A stretch of DNA of 64,000 nucleotides from an uncultured cyanobacterium (GTDB lineage Bacteria; Cyanobacteriota; Cyanobacteriia; Cyanobacteriales; Cyanobacteriaceae). Positions 20,198-32,060 of the stretch are shown here, one piece after another. The number at the start of each line of letters is the position of its first letter. Positions within the stretch are counted from its first letter, which is position 1. The position numbers and the translations under genes were made by a program. Below the pieces are notes generated by a model that made no database searches, was not told the origin of the DNA, and was given only the letters and a program-made list of their open reading frames with translations. The DNA is taken from NCBI GenBank assembly GCA_963749915.1, contig CAVVOP010000005.1, forward strand, positions 426,182 to 490,181. Direction: 5' to 3'.

Positions 20198-21025
20198 CTA
20201 TAAAATATACTTGGCGATGGCCTCTGCCACTCCGTCATTTTCCACATCCCCAGTAACTACGGAGGTAATGGCTTTAATTTCTTCGGGTGCGTCATTCATA
20301 GCTACACTAAAACCAGCGTATTTTAACATGGCATAATCATTAAAATTATCGCCGATGGTCATAATTTCTTCGGCGGTGAATCCCAGTATTTTCTCGACTA
20401 AATATTGAACAGCTGTACCTTTGTTGACCCCTGCTTGAGTCGCTTCCAAATAAATGGGATTAGATTGAGTTAAGTATAATTCATGATCTTGATAACGATT
20501 TTTTAAGTCATTTAACATTTGCGAAATTAAATCAGCATCAGGGCTTGAAGCGAGTATTTTCGTGGGATTTTCCTGTAAAAGAGTAGTCAAATCACCAACA
20601 ATATTAACATCAATGCCTGATCTTTCCACATAAAAATCTGTTTTTTTCGTAAATTTTTCTACGTACAATTGATCATTAAAATAAAGATGAATTTCAATAT
20701 TACCATTGTTATTTTGTTGAGCTTTTAAATAAGTAAATAATTCTTGAGCTTTTTCTTTATTTACAGGATTATGCAATAATAATTCTGAGTTTTTGGGGTC
20801 TTGGATCCATGCCCCATTATAACCAATTATTGGTAAATCTGCCCCGATATCATGGTGAAATCTCAGGGCTGAACAATACATCCTACCCGTAGCTAAACCT
20901 ACTTTTATGCCTCTATTTTGTGCATCTTTTATAGCCTTTTTTACCCTATCAGTAACTTGATTAGATTGCCCTGAAATTGTACCGTCAATATCTAAAATTA
21001 ATACTTTAATGTTGTTCATAATCAT
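20198..21025 (-). CDS. Cof-type HAD-IIB hydrolase
   Basis: DIDGT, ATGR, GVNKG and GDNFND..M. Confidence 0.92.
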   Translation of the reverse strand: MIMNNIKVLILDIDGTISGQSNQVTDRVKKAIKDAQNRGIKVGLATGRMYCSALRFHHDIGADLPIIGYNGAWIQDPKNSELLLHNPVNKEKAQELFTYLKAQQNNNGNIEIHLYFNDQLYVEKFTKKTDFYVERSGIDVNIVGDLTTLLQENPTKILASSPDADLISQMLNDLKNRYQDHELYLTQSNPIYLEATQAGVNKGTAVQYLVEKILGFTAEEIMTIGDNFNDYAMLKYAGFSVAMNDAPEEIKAITSVVTGDVENDGVAEAIAKYIL

Positions 21026-21092
21026 ATTCTCAGCCAAGGTTAATGATTTTCTTGCATTATGACTGACATTGTAAAATAAAACAAATCAAGCA

Positions 21093-22139
21093 TTAAACTT
21101 TCCTTTTATTAGTGCGATTAAGTTGGTAAAAACGGGCAAATTGCGGTAAATCTTCTTGATGCCCTAGCACAATCAAAACATCTCCTGAATTTAGTAATAA
21201 AGACGGATTAGGATGAGTTATTAATGGTTCATTACCTCGCCTTAAAGCCACGACGATAAATGCCCCCTTCCCCCTGATTTCTAGCTCTCTGACAGTTCTA
21301 CCCACCAAGCGAGAAGTGGCCCCCACCACTAACTCCTCCATTTGGACGTTAATCTGCATTAATAAATCATTTAAGTAACTTTGTTCTTCTTTTTGGGCCA
21401 AAAAATCTACCATGCTGGGAGAAGTGATTAAATTTGCCATGCGTAAACCGCTAACACTGGCAGGTGAAACCACATGATTCGCCCCGGCTAACCTCAATTT
21501 TTTTTCTGTGGTAGGAAGTTCCCCTCTAGCGAGAATAATCAAGTCTGGGTTTAATTCCCTAGCGGTAAGGGTGATAAAAACATTAGTGGCATCATTGGGT
21601 AAAACCGTTGCTAATACCTTCGCCTTTTCAATGCCAACGCTAACAAGCACATTTTCGTCCGTAGCATCTCCTTCTTGTACTAAATAAGCACGATTTTTAG
21701 CAGTAATCAGATTTTCCGCATCGTTATCGATAATCACGAAATATTCTGGGGTTTCATTTAATTGTTGAGCTAAAACTTGCCCAATGTGCCCAAAACCGCA
21801 GATAATAATGTGATTTTCGAGGTTCGCTAGGGTTTTTTTCTGCCTATCAGCTTCAAATGCCCGATTAATTTCTCCTTCTGTGACCATTTGAATAAAACCT
21901 CCTATGCCATAAACTGCCGATGATGTCCCTGCAACAATTACTAACATTGTAAAAACTTTTTGGGCGGGGGTTTCTAAGGGTTTTACTTCTCCATAACCTA
22001 CCCCAAAAATAGTTATCACTACCATATAAATCGATTCAAGCAATGACCAACCAAAGGAAACATAACCAAAAACAGCGGTCATGATGGTTATAACAAAAAA
22101 AATTGACCCGACAATAACTTTTTTAAAAGAACCTTGCAT
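21093..22139 (-). CDS. Potassium channel with TrkA-N/TrkA-C (RCK) domains
   Basis: Two TM segments with GVGYGE filter, GFGHIG Rossmann motif and a C-terminal TrkA-C domain. Confidence 0.92.
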   Translation of the reverse strand: MQGSFKKVIVGSIFFVITIMTAVFGYVSFGWSLLESIYMVVITIFGVGYGEVKPLETPAQKVFTMLVIVAGTSSAVYGIGGFIQMVTEGEINRAFEADRQKKTLANLENHIIICGFGHIGQVLAQQLNETPEYFVIIDNDAENLITAKNRAYLVQEGDATDENVLVSVGIEKAKVLATVLPNDATNVFITLTARELNPDLIILARGELPTTEKKLRLAGANHVVSPASVSGLRMANLITSPSMVDFLAQKEEQSYLNDLLMQINVQMEELVVGATSRLVGRTVRELEIRGKGAFIVVALRRGNEPLITHPNPSLLLNSGDVLIVLGHQEDLPQFARFYQLNRTNKRKV

Positions 22140-22273
22140 TGATTAATTTAGCTTATTGTTTTCAGCACTTAAATTTCTTTCTTAATCTGAAAAGGACGGT
22201 AAAATTGTTCTCGATGGACTTTTAAAAAATCCTCTAGTTATTAAAGTGGACTATTATTCAAAAAAAAGTAACT

Positions 22274-24448
22274 ATGAGCGGAAATAATTCACGAGTTCAA
22301 GCAATTAGCCAGATCACAAATCGAGAAATCAAGGCGTTTAACACTCCTGAACGATTAGAAGATATGTGGGCAAAAGATGTTTTTACCCTCAGCAAGATGC
22401 AAGAATGTCTCCCCAAGGGTATTTTCAAATCCTTAAAAAGGACAATCCAAACAGGGGAACCCCTTGACGTATCTATCGCTGATGTGGTAGCTACAGCTAT
22501 GAGAGATTGGGCAATTTCTAAAAAAGCACTGTACTACGCCCATGTATTTTATCCCCTCACCAACTCCACCGCTGAAAAACATGACGGTTTTGTATCCGTA
22601 CAAGGTGACGGCTCTGTGATTTCGGAATTTGCTGGTAAAGTATTAGTAAAAGGCGAACCTGATGGCTCATCTTTTCCTAATGGTGGTATTCGTTCTACTT
22701 TTGAAGCGAGGGGTTATACGGCTTGGGATGTCACTAGCCCTGCTTATGTCATGGAAACCGATAACGGCGTAACTCTGTGTATTCCTACCGTATTTATCTC
22801 TTGGACGGGGGAAGCATTAGACAAGAAAACTCCTCTATTGCGGTCTAATGCCGCCATGGATAAGGCCGCACGGAAGGTATTAAAATTATTAGGCCATACA
22901 GACATAGCTCCTGTTAATTCCAGTTGTGGTGCAGAACAAGAATACTTTTTGATAGATTCTAATTTTGCCCATAGTCGTCCGGATTTATTACTAGCAGGAA
23001 GAACTTTGTTCGGTAAACCTTCGGCTAAAGGACAAGAATTTGATGATCATTACTTTGGTGCAATTCCCGAACGAGTACAAGTCTTCATGCAAGATGTGGA
23101 AGAATCCATGTATCGCCTAGGTATTCCTGCTAAAACCAGACATAATGAAGTCGCACCTGGGCAATTTGAACTTGCACCCTTTTTTGAAGCCGCTAATGTG
23201 GCAACGGATCATCAACAGTTAACCATGACAATTTTACGAAAAACGGCGAAAAAACATGGTTTTGTTTGCCTACTCCATGAAAAGCCCTTTGCGGGGATTA
23301 ATGGTTCTGGTAAACATGTCAACTGGTCTGTAGGCAATGCTACCCAAGGTAATTTATTAGATCCAGGTGACACTCCCCATGCTAATGCACAATTTTTGGT
23401 TTTCTGCGGTGCCGTAATTCGAGGAGTGCATAAATATGGTCCTCTTTTACGTGCGGTAGTGGCAACGGCAAGCAATGATCATCGTCTTGGTGCCAATGAA
23501 GCCCCCCCTGCTATTATTTCGGTGTATTTAGGCTCACAATTGGAGGATGTTTTCGAGCAAATTCGTAACGGGAAAGTAACAGGATCGAAGGAAGCTCAGG
23601 TCATGAATATCGGTATTGATACCTTACCAGAATTCCCCAAAGATCCAGGTGACAGAAATCGTACATCACCTTTTGCATTTACGGGCAATCGTTTCGAGTT
23701 TCGGGCTGTTGGTTCCAATCAGTCTGTTGCAGGACCTCTGGTGGCTATGAATACTATCTTAGCGGAGTCTTTAGATTGGATTGCGGGAGAGTTAGAGAGT
23801 GAATTGGCAAAAGGGACAGAACTCAATACCGCTATTCACAAAATTCTCCAGGAAATTATGGATAAACACGGTAATGTCGTTTTCGGTGGCAACGGTTACT
23901 CTCCTGAATGGCACAAAATGGCAGTGGAAGAACGAGGTTTAGCCAATTTACCCACCACTGCTGACGCTTTGCCCGTTTTAGCAGAAAAATATATTGAAGA
24001 ATTGTTCGAGAAAACTGGGGTTCTTTCTCCTGTAGAATTAGAAAGCCGTTATGAGGTCTATACCGAGCAATATTTATTGTCCATCGAGGTTGAGGCTAAA
24101 TTAGTAATTAGTATGGCTAAAACTACTATCTACCCGGCAGCTATGAAATATTTATCTAATCTCACAAATACAATGGCTAGTCTTAAGGGTATCGGCATCG
24201 AGGTGGATAAAACTACCGTGAAAGAAGTATCAACCTTGGCGGATTCTATGATGGCAGAAGTTCACAAATTAAGTGAGGCGATCACTAAACATGATTTTGA
24301 AAGTACTCAAGCCCATCTTCAATATTATGCGAAAACTGTCCGCCCATTAATGGATGAAGTGCGTAAATATGCCGATGCGCTTGAGGCAGAAATTGCTGAT
24401 GAATTGTGGCCTTTACCCACCTATCAGGAGATGTTATTCATCAAATAG
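22274..24448 (+). CDS. glnN: Glutamine synthetase type III
   Basis: 724 aa; [46 protein letters not shown] and WPLPTY. Confidence 0.97.
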   Translation: MSGNNSRVQAISQITNREIKAFNTPERLEDMWAKDVFTLSKMQECLPKGIFKSLKRTIQTGEPLDVSIADVVATAMRDWAISKKALYYAHVFYPLTNSTAEKHDGFVSVQGDGSVISEFAGKVLVKGEPDGSSFPNGGIRSTFEARGYTAWDVTSPAYVMETDNGVTLCIPTVFISWTGEALDKKTPLLRSNAAMDKAARKVLKLLGHTDIAPVNSSCGAEQEYFLIDSNFAHSRPDLLLAGRTLFGKPSAKGQEFDDHYFGAIPERVQVFMQDVEESMYRLGIPAKTRHNEVAPGQFELAPFFEAANVATDHQQLTMTILRKTAKKHGFVCLLHEKPFAGINGSGKHVNWSVGNATQGNLLDPGDTPHANAQFLVFCGAVIRGVHKYGPLLRAVVATASNDHRLGANEAPPAIISVYLGSQLEDVFEQIRNGKVTGSKEAQVMNIGIDTLPEFPKDPGDRNRTSPFAFTGNRFEFRAVGSNQSVAGPLVAMNTILAESLDWIAGELESELAKGTELNTAIHKILQEIMDKHGNVVFGGNGYSPEWHKMAVEERGLANLPTTADALPVLAEKYIEELFEKTGVLSPVELESRYEVYTEQYLLSIEVEAKLVISMAKTTIYPAAMKYLSNLTNTMASLKGIGIEVDKTTVKEVSTLADSMMAEVHKLSEAITKHDFESTQAHLQYYAKTVRPLMDEVRKYADALEAEIADELWPLPTYQEMLFIK

Positions 24449-24509
24449 ATTGTTGGGGTGATCATAAGTAAGAAGTAATTGATTCTGTTGGCGAACTTAA
24501 CATTTAACG

Positions 24510-24645
24510 GCAGATAAGGCAGAGGCAGAAGCAAGGGATAAGTAAAAAGGAGAAAAGCTTAATCCTTCTTCTCTTCATATTTCTGCCGCCTCCTGCCTTC
24601 GGCAGTTTTGGACTCTGTAAGACTGACTTGTGCCAGAGTTCCAGA
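24510..24645. repeat. Structured intergenic repeat/hairpins between convergent glnN and truB
   Basis: aaggcagaggcagaag pairs imperfectly with ttctgccgcctcctgcctt; second stem ggactctg/cagagttcc. Confidence 0.5.
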
Positions 24646-24658
24646 AGAGCGAGAAGAT

Positions 24659-25543
24659 CTAAGTAATAACTACTTTTGGTTTAATGATTTTTACACCTTC
24701 ATTTATCCTTAATTCACCGATACCGATAAACTCAGAAAGATGATTATAAGTACGATAAAATTGATTATTTTTGCTTTCATTTGTCATAATTTTTTGACCT
24801 TGACACCATCGTGTACTATCATCTTTATTTAGGTCAATAATAGGCAAATTTTGCAAGGGAAAATCAAGATTAATTAAGTGTAAATTGTCTTTTTCTTTTT
24901 CTTGAATTATTTGCTCAAAATTTAAGCTGTTTTCTATGATCATCCCAGAGCTAAGAGTTCTATTTAAAGAGGATAAGGTTGCTCCTATACCTAATTTTTC
25001 TCCTAAGTCACGAGCAATGGATCTGATATAAGTTCCAGCATCGCAAAAAATATGTAAACCCAACTCAGGAAATTCGCCATTTTCCCAGTATAAAATATTA
25101 ATTTTAGTAATTTTTACCTCCCTTTTTGGTATATCTATTATTTGCCCTCTTCTCGCTAATTCATATAACTTTTTGCCGTCTTGTTTTATGGCACTATAAG
25201 CTGGAGGAATCTGCCCAATTTTACCGATAAAATCTTGTAAATAAGGCGTAATTTCCTCCAAAGTCAAATCAAAAGCTGAACTTTTTTTTAGAATATGTCC
25301 TTCTAAATCATCGGTAGTCGTAACTATTCCGAACTTAATTTTCGCTTCATAAGCTTTCCCTGTTGGTAAAAATTGTAATAATCGAGTGGCTTTCCCGATC
25401 GCTATAGGTAAAACTCCCGTAGCGGAAGGATCTAAGGTACCACCATGACCAATTTTTTTCGTTTTCAAAATCCTTCTCAATTTGGCAACACAATCATGAG
25501 AAGTAAAATTTTGTGGTTTATTTAAGTTAAGAAAACCATCCAT
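24659..25543 (-). CDS. truB: tRNA pseudouridine(55) synthase
   Basis: GHGGTLDP.ATGVL, PPAYSAIK and GTYIRS. ATG at 25543. Confidence 0.97.
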   Translation of the reverse strand: MDGFLNLNKPQNFTSHDCVAKLRRILKTKKIGHGGTLDPSATGVLPIAIGKATRLLQFLPTGKAYEAKIKFGIVTTTDDLEGHILKKSSAFDLTLEEITPYLQDFIGKIGQIPPAYSAIKQDGKKLYELARRGQIIDIPKREVKITKINILYWENGEFPELGLHIFCDAGTYIRSIARDLGEKLGIGATLSSLNRTLSSGMIIENSLNFEQIIQEKEKDNLHLINLDFPLQNLPIIDLNKDDSTRWCQGQKIMTNESKNNQFYRTYNHLSEFIGIGELRINEGVKIIKPKVVIT

Positions 25544-25653
25544 AGAAAAACCATCCAATTTGGATTGAGGAACAGGGCTGTCGAGTATTAATTAGTTAGG
25601 GAGTCGGGAGTTAGGAGACGATTAAAAAATTTATAACTATGGTAGCCCTCTTT

Positions 25654-26721
25654 TTATTCAGTTAATCCAAAAACACGATTAACGGATTTTTCGATTTTAT
25701 AACCAGAATCAATGGATTCCAAAGGATCTTTTCTCAAGCGGTGACGCAGACATAAAGGCATCACTCGGCGAATATCATCCACCGTGACTTCCGTACGAGA
25801 TTCAAAAGCCGCCAATGCCTTAGCCGCACGGTTAGTTACAATGTCCCCCCTCAAACCATCAATATCTAATTCCGAACAAATTTCCGACACTTTTATGCGA
25901 ATATCATAGTCAATGGTGACTTGGGGTAATAGTTTTTGAGCTTGAACCAATTTTTTTTGTAATTCCCGTTGTTGCGATTCATATCGATCCAAGAAACCTT
26001 GAGGATCACGGTCAAATTCCGCTCTTTGTTCCACAATTTGCACCCTTAAATTAGGTTCTTTCACTGTATGGATTTCTGCGTGCATACCAAAACGATCCAA
26101 TAATTGAGGGCGCAATTCTCCTTCTTCGGGATTTCCTGAACCCACCAACACAAAACGGGCGGGGTGACGGATAGAAATACCCTCTCTTTCCACAGTATTC
26201 CAGCCACTAGCGGCGGAGTCAAGTAATACATCCACTAGGTGATCATCAAGTAAGTTAACCTCGTCCACATAAAGAATGCCCCGGTTTGCTTTCGCTAGTA
26301 ATCCGGGTTCAAAAGCTTTTACTCCCTCTGATAGTGCTTTTTCAATATCGATTGTACCACACACTCTATCTTCTGTAGCACCTAAAGGTAAATCCACCAT
26401 GGGCACTTTTTTCTGGATAATGTCTAATTGTTCCTGACGATCAATTTTTTCTCTCACATCATCAGCCATCATTTCCACATCTATGGGAGAAGAGTTAAAA
26501 GGATCTCCGGCTACCACATCAATCTCCGGCAACAAGTCAGCTAAAGCCCGAATCGTGGTGGATTTTCCTGTACCTCGATCGCCCATAATCATTACCCCCC
26601 CCACCTTGGGGTCAATGACGTTGAGTAGTAAAGCAAGCTTCATTTGTTCTTGTCCGACAATAGCTGTAAAAGGAAAAACTACACGACGATTTTTAGGAGG
26701 AGCTTGTAAAGTTGCGGTCAT
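25654..26721 (-). CDS. chlI: Magnesium chelatase ATPase subunit I
   Basis: [26 protein letters not shown] and [11 protein letters not shown]; 355 aa. Confidence 0.98.
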   Translation of the reverse strand: MTATLQAPPKNRRVVFPFTAIVGQEQMKLALLLNVIDPKVGGVMIMGDRGTGKSTTIRALADLLPEIDVVAGDPFNSSPIDVEMMADDVREKIDRQEQLDIIQKKVPMVDLPLGATEDRVCGTIDIEKALSEGVKAFEPGLLAKANRGILYVDEVNLLDDHLVDVLLDSAASGWNTVEREGISIRHPARFVLVGSGNPEEGELRPQLLDRFGMHAEIHTVKEPNLRVQIVEQRAEFDRDPQGFLDRYESQQRELQKKLVQAQKLLPQVTIDYDIRIKVSEICSELDIDGLRGDIVTNRAAKALAAFESRTEVTVDDIRRVMPLCLRHRLRKDPLESIDSGYKIEKSVNRVFGLTE

Positions 26722-26924
26722 AATTTTTTATAAAAAGATTGACAGAAGAATTATATTTAATTTAGTGCAATGTAAATAAGCATAACCTTTTTATCATATT
26801 AGTTTGTTCAAAACCCGTCAAATAAATGGCATTTACTGAAAAATGTTGTATATAGGAATTAATAAATAATAAATGGTTCGTTGTGGTGTATTGCCTTTGT
26901 TAACTGTTAATTGTTAGTTATTTA

Positions 26925-28364
26925 TTACCCCACACTGCCTTCCAATTTGAGACTTAAAAGTTTATCGGCCTCCGCAGCAAATTCCATCGGTAACTTGTTT
27001 AAAACGTCTTTACAGAATCCACTTACTAACATCGATACTGCATCTTCCTCCGATATACCTCGTTGAGCAAAATAGAACAACTGATCTTCACCGATTTTTG
27101 AGGTAGAGGCTTCATGTTCGACTTTAGCACGACTATTATCGACTTGAATATAAGGAAAAGTGTTAGCTTCTGCGTTATCACCGATTAGCATCGAATCGCA
27201 TTGAGAGTAATTTCTGGCGCCACTAGCTTTATTACCTATTTTCACTAACCCACGATAGCTATTTTTCGAGTTTCCTGCAGATATTCCCTTAGAAATAATT
27301 GTACTGCGAGTATTTTTGCCAATATGCACCATCTTAGTGCCAGTATCGGCTTGTTGCATATTATTTGTCAAGGCGATGGAGTAAAATTCACCCACAGAAT
27401 TATCACCTACCAAAACACAACTAGGATATTTCCATGTTATAGCAGATCCTGTCTCCACTTGAGTCCAAGAAATTTTCGAGTTAACCCCTTTACATAAACC
27501 GCGCTTGGTGACAAAGTTATAAATACCGCCTTTACCGTTTTCATCCCCAGCATACCAATTTTGCACAGTGGAATATTTAATGTCAGCATTATCTAAAGCC
27601 ACTAATTCCACCACCGCCGCATGAAGTTGATTGCTATCATACATAGGAGCAGTACAACCCTCAAGGTAACTTACTGATGCACCTTCCTCCGCCACAATTA
27701 AAGTACGTTCAAATTGCCCTGTATCACCGTTATTAATACGAAAATAAGTAGATAATTCCATCGGACATTTTACCCCTTTGGGAATAAATACGAAAGAACC
27801 ATCACTAAACACTGCAGAATTAAGGGCGGCGAAATAATTATCGGCGAAAGGGACAACAGTCCCTAAGTATTTTTGTACTAACTGAGGATGTTCCTGTAAG
27901 GCTTCGGAAATTGAGCAAAAAATAACACCGTCTTTAGCTAATTTTTCCTTAAAAGTTGTGCCGATAGAAACACTATCAAAAATCGCATCAACGGCAACAT
28001 TACTTAATCGTTTTTGCTCAGATAAGGAAATACCCAGTTTTTCAAAGGTTTCAAGTAAAGTGGGATCAACTTCCTCTAAACTATCTAATTTCTTTTTCTC
28101 TTGTTTTGGTGCCGAGTAATAAATAATATCTTGATAGTTAATGGTCGGGTAGTCCACATGAGGCCATTTTGGTTCAGCCATTTTCAACCATTGACCATAA
28201 GCCTTGAGGCGGAACTCTAACATAAATTTGGGCTCTTTTTTCTTGGCAGAAATCAATCTGACGACATCTTCACTTAATCCCTTGGGGATCGTATCAGATT
28301 CAATGTCCGTCACAAATCCGTATTTATAAGGCTGATTAACTAGGGTTTTAACGGAAGCACTCAT
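26925..28364 (-). CDS. sufB: Fe-S cluster assembly protein SufB
   Basis: [41 protein letters not shown] and C-terminal LEGSVG. Confidence 0.98.
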   Translation of the reverse strand: MSASVKTLVNQPYKYGFVTDIESDTIPKGLSEDVVRLISAKKKEPKFMLEFRLKAYGQWLKMAEPKWPHVDYPTINYQDIIYYSAPKQEKKKLDSLEEVDPTLLETFEKLGISLSEQKRLSNVAVDAIFDSVSIGTTFKEKLAKDGVIFCSISEALQEHPQLVQKYLGTVVPFADNYFAALNSAVFSDGSFVFIPKGVKCPMELSTYFRINNGDTGQFERTLIVAEEGASVSYLEGCTAPMYDSNQLHAAVVELVALDNADIKYSTVQNWYAGDENGKGGIYNFVTKRGLCKGVNSKISWTQVETGSAITWKYPSCVLVGDNSVGEFYSIALTNNMQQADTGTKMVHIGKNTRSTIISKGISAGNSKNSYRGLVKIGNKASGARNYSQCDSMLIGDNAEANTFPYIQVDNSRAKVEHEASTSKIGEDQLFYFAQRGISEEDAVSMLVSGFCKDVLNKLPMEFAAEADKLLSLKLEGSVG

Positions 28365-28400
28365 ATTAATTTTCAAATATAGTTATAGTGATGATTAAAT

Positions 28401-28466
28401 AGTTTAACAACATTTTTGTTGCTAAAGTCTATTTTATAATAGTTTAACAATATTTTTCTTACTAAA
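28401..28466. promoter_or_regulatory. SufR operator pair upstream of sufB
   Basis: Perfect CAAC-N6-GTTG at 28408-28421 and an imperfect copy 40 bp away (28448-28461), matching the known cyanobacterial SufR site architecture. Confidence 0.85.
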
Positions 28467-28659
28467 TATCCTCGAACCTGAAAAAAAATTGGGATTTTTA
28501 TCTCTCCAGTAGACGTCTCCACAAGATAGTCTGCATTCCTAATTTCAATAAAAAGTATAAGTTGGTACGGTTGTTGTCGAGATTTTTATGAAGAAAAAAG
28601 ACAAACAGCAATATTTGATTCTCCATGATTATTCGGCAAATGTAATCTGTCAACATCTG

Positions 28660-29475
28660 TTAAAAAACGCGATGCTGCAAACAAGGCATTTGTTGACGCA
28701 CCTGTTGTAATCTTTGGGGATTTATTTCGGCGATGGCAACACCAATTTGAGAACCAGTAGTGGCCAAAATTGAACCCCACGGATCGACAATCATTCCATG
28801 ACCATGAGTAAAACGACGAGCGTAATGATTCCCAGTTTGAGCTGGTGCAATGATATAAGCTGTATTTTCGATGGCTCTTGCTTGTAACAAAACTTGCCAA
28901 TGGTCTTTCCCCGTATAAGCAGTAAAAGCCGCTGGAATAAACACAACTTCAGCCCCTTGACGGGATAAATGACGATAAACTTCGGGAAAACGGACATCAT
29001 AACAGATGGATAGCCCCAATTTACCTAAATCACCACCATCATAAACCGAAGGTAAACTAGATCCAGCCTTTACGGTGTTAGACTCGTGATAATTATTACC
29101 ATCAGGCACATTAACATCAAATAAGTGTACTTTGTCATAGCGAGTCAACTCTAAACCATTAGGGTCAATTAAAATAGCAGTATTATGAGCCTTAGATTGA
29201 TCGTCCAGACAAGGAGTGGGAAAACCGCCCCCTAAAATGGTTACTTGAAAACGTTGTGCCATGCGAATCAAAAACTTTTCACTTTTATTAGCAATAGTCT
29301 CAACCTGAGCAATTTTTTCCTGATCACTGCCCAAAAACGAGAAATTTTCAGGTAAGGCAATTAATTTTGCCCCCTGATTAACCGCTAATTCGATTAATTC
29401 CTCTGCCTGAGTGAGATTTTTGTCAACATCAGGAGTGCTGGTCATGCAAACCGCCGCCGCAAGATATGATTTCAT
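28660..29475 (-). CDS. Carbon-nitrogen hydrolase (Nit1-like, deaminated glutathione amidase)
   Basis: Catalytic E-K-C triad: LPEN, YDKVHLFD, ICYDVRFPE; ARAIEN. Confidence 0.92.
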   Translation of the reverse strand: MKSYLAAAVCMTSTPDVDKNLTQAEELIELAVNQGAKLIALPENFSFLGSDQEKIAQVETIANKSEKFLIRMAQRFQVTILGGGFPTPCLDDQSKAHNTAILIDPNGLELTRYDKVHLFDVNVPDGNNYHESNTVKAGSSLPSVYDGGDLGKLGLSICYDVRFPEVYRHLSRQGAEVVFIPAAFTAYTGKDHWQVLLQARAIENTAYIIAPAQTGNHYARRFTHGHGMIVDPWGSILATTGSQIGVAIAEINPQRLQQVRQQMPCLQHRVF

Positions 29476-29519
29476 GTGTGATTTAATATACTTAACAAAA
29501 TAAGGTTGTCTAACCCCAT

Positions 29520-30260
29520 CTAACCAATAAATTCAAGATAACTTTGAGTTAGTCCTTTTACTGCCAACTCGTAGAACTGTTGACCGTGTTCAGGAGTTGC
29601 CAAAGCTGGATTAGATCCCATTCTACCATCAGGGTAGCAACCACGAAAATTAGTTGCCCCATAAATTGAATGTCCTTTGCCCACTTCTTCACTCAAAGGT
29701 ACATTTTTAATGACATCAGGATAGATAAATTGAGTCAACGCCACTTCGGAAGGGGTAGCATGAGATCCTTCTTCCTCTCCATATAATTTTTTAGCCAATA
29801 AATAAACCTCCCGTGTCATAAACCAATTGGCAATTCTACACTTTACCTGATCACCATGAGCTAAATTTAAACTCTCCAAATGATCATAAATTTGGGAAAA
29901 AGCTGCTTTGAGTGTGGGAATATTACCACCATGACCATTGATAAAAAAGAACTTGCGAAAACCGGCCTTAGCTAAGGAAGTAACATAATCTTGAATATAA
30001 AGAATTAAAGTTGTGGGACGTAAGCTAATGGTACCCGGGAAACCCATATGATGGAGAGCCATACCCACATTAATTGTCGGTGCTAACATAGCCTTAATAT
30101 TCTCTGTGACCCCCATGGCAACTTTTTGGGCACAAATGGCATCCGTACCAATTAATCCTGTAGGTCCGTGTTGTTCTGTTGAGCCGATGGGTATAATAAT
30201 AGCATCATTATCTTGTAAATAAGTTTCTACTTCTGTCCAAGTACACAAATGTAACTGCAT
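29520..30260 (-). CDS. Creatininase family protein
   Basis: PIGSTEQHG, NGHGGN and H(A)..E motifs. Confidence 0.92.
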   Translation of the reverse strand: MQLHLCTWTEVETYLQDNDAIIIPIGSTEQHGPTGLIGTDAICAQKVAMGVTENIKAMLAPTINVGMALHHMGFPGTISLRPTTLILYIQDYVTSLAKAGFRKFFFINGHGGNIPTLKAAFSQIYDHLESLNLAHGDQVKCRIANWFMTREVYLLAKKLYGEEEGSHATPSEVALTQFIYPDVIKNVPLSEEVGKGHSIYGATNFRGCYPDGRMGSNPALATPEHGQQFYELAVKGLTQSYLEFIG

Positions 30261-30357
30261 TTTTGTTTCTAAAATAAATTTTTGATATTCTATAATTTAT
30301 AGAAGTTAGACTATTGTTATTCTAAGTTAAGATTACTGCAAAAATATTTGAACTATC

Positions 30358-30771
30358 ATGATTCAACTTCAAGATCAGCCCATTCAGGAAACCAATAATT
30401 TGGGGACAAATACTTATTCTCTAGAAAACTACATTACCGAAACTCGCCCTTGGGGTACATTTACCACCCTTGAAGAAGGACCTGGTTATAAAATTAAACG
30501 CATAGAAGTCAATCCCGGTCACCGTCTCAGCCTACAAATGCACCATCATCGTAGTGAGCATTGGATTGTGGTTTCTGGCACTGCAAAAGTAGAATGTGGG
30601 GAGGAAATAAAAATTTTAGCGGCTAATGAATCCACTTATGTTCCCCAATGTACTAGCCATCGCCTGGAAAATCCTGGGGTTATTAAATTAATTTTAATTG
30701 AAGTGCAAAACGGTGAATATTTAGGGGAAGATGATATTATTCGTTTTCGAGATGATTACGCAAGACAATGA
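30358..30771 (+). CDS. Mannose-6-phosphate isomerase type II C-terminal cupin
   Basis: RPWG, LSLQMHHHRSEHW and EVQNGEYLGEDDI.R. Confidence 0.92.
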   Translation: MIQLQDQPIQETNNLGTNTYSLENYITETRPWGTFTTLEEGPGYKIKRIEVNPGHRLSLQMHHHRSEHWIVVSGTAKVECGEEIKILAANESTYVPQCTSHRLENPGVIKLILIEVQNGEYLGEDDIIRFRDDYARQ

Positions 30772-30850
30772 ATAATTAACAATTAACAATTAACAATGAA
30801 CAAAGGCGATTAACCTTTATTCACTATGGACTATTCATTATTAACTATTT

Positions 30851-31180
30851 ATGATTAACCTTACTGAAACAGCGATCGCCGAAGTAAAAAGACTACGATC
30901 AAGTTTAGAGTTGACCACTAGCTATGTAAGGATACAAATAACAAAAGGCGGTTGTGCCGATTATGTCTATGAATTAAACTTAGACTCACAACCTCAACAA
31001 GAAGATCGTCAATTTTCCCATGATTCTGACACTAATATTATTGTTGATCCCCATAGCTATCAATATTTACAAAACCTAAGGATAGATTATACAGAAGATT
31101 TAATGGGAGGTGCATTTCAATTTAAAAATCCTGATATTACGAATCACTGCACCTGTGGTTTATCTTTTGTCCTAGATTAA
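30851..31180 (+). CDS. HesB/IscA family A-type Fe-S carrier
   Basis: GGC and C-terminal CTCGLSF. Confidence 0.92.
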   Translation: MINLTETAIAEVKRLRSSLELTTSYVRIQITKGGCADYVYELNLDSQPQQEDRQFSHDSDTNIIVDPHSYQYLQNLRIDYTEDLMGGAFQFKNPDITNHCTCGLSFVLD

Positions 31181-31208
31181 TGATCAACAATTAATTATTA
31201 AATATTAC

Positions 31209-31427
31209 ATGGATATATCCAACATAAAATCGGGGGATCGAGTAAAAGTAATCGAGCTACCATTGTATATAAAAACTGCTGATCCCATGCCCATGTTGCG
31301 ATCGCCTAGTGTGATTTCCTTAGGAGAAGAAGGTATTATTTTAAATCCACGTCCAGCAGGTTATTGGGCGATTCGTTTTACTCAAGGTTGTTTTTTATTG
31401 GAGAGTAAATATTTTCGGGTGGTTTAA
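31209..31427 (+). CDS. sipA: NblS-interacting regulatory protein SipA (DUF3148)
   Basis: GDRV.....P.Y.KTADPMPMLR.P.....GEEG.I...RP.GYW..RF..G.FL pattern. Confidence 0.85.
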   Translation: MDISNIKSGDRVKVIELPLYIKTADPMPMLRSPSVISLGEEGIILNPRPAGYWAIRFTQGCFLLESKYFRVV

Positions 31428-31569
31428 TTTTTTTTCCCCCAAGGTAAAGATGGGAAGACGCAAAGTTAAATTAGTTCTGAGTTGGGAGTTATAATGTCTT
31501 GAGAGATAATATCAGGGATTTTCTTTACTTTTATTGTCAACCGTCTATTGTCTATTGTTTCCCATTTTT

Positions 31570-32007
31570 ATGACAAAATTAACCCCTAAAGAGATTTTTA
31601 AGAAAGGTTTTATTATTCTTTCAGGCCTGGCTTTTTTCTGGTTTTCCGCTTCTAGTATTCTTAAGATGGTTACTCAGCCGGCAACTCCTCCAGTTAATCA
31701 AAGTCAGGGTGAAAATTCTCCCCCCGAATCAATAATATTGCAGAATCAAGCGAAAGGTTATGAGTTAGTCTTATCTAAAGAACCTGATAATCGTTTTGCA
31801 TTAGAAAAATTGGTGGAAATTTATCTACAATCCCGAAATTTATCCGCTGCTTTGCCTTTAATGGAAAAATTAGTTACTATTGAGCCTCAAAATGAACGTT
31901 ATCAAGAGGTTTTGAAGATTATTAAACAAGGTTTAGCACAGGAAAAATCTCCAACTCAACCTTCCATTAACTCTCCCAACAATAATGAAGAAAATAAAGA
32001 AAAATAG
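31570..32007 (+). CDS. Membrane-anchored TPR protein
   Basis: N-terminal TM segment, GYELVL..EP.N..AL and a TPR-like helix pair. Confidence 0.8.
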   Translation: MTKLTPKEIFKKGFIILSGLAFFWFSASSILKMVTQPATPPVNQSQGENSPPESIILQNQAKGYELVLSKEPDNRFALEKLVEIYLQSRNLSAALPLMEKLVTIEPQNERYQEVLKIIKQGLAQEKSPTQPSINSPNNNEENKEK

Positions 32008-32060
32008 TGTAAACTCTAAGGTTAATCTTTGTTACTTCTTGATCTCACCATAGCATTTAC

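Noticed and set aside
25532..25558. Duplicated MDGF start of truB
   Set aside because: A 15-nt-period micro-duplication. The ATG at 25543 gives a normal TruB, so there is no evident consequence.
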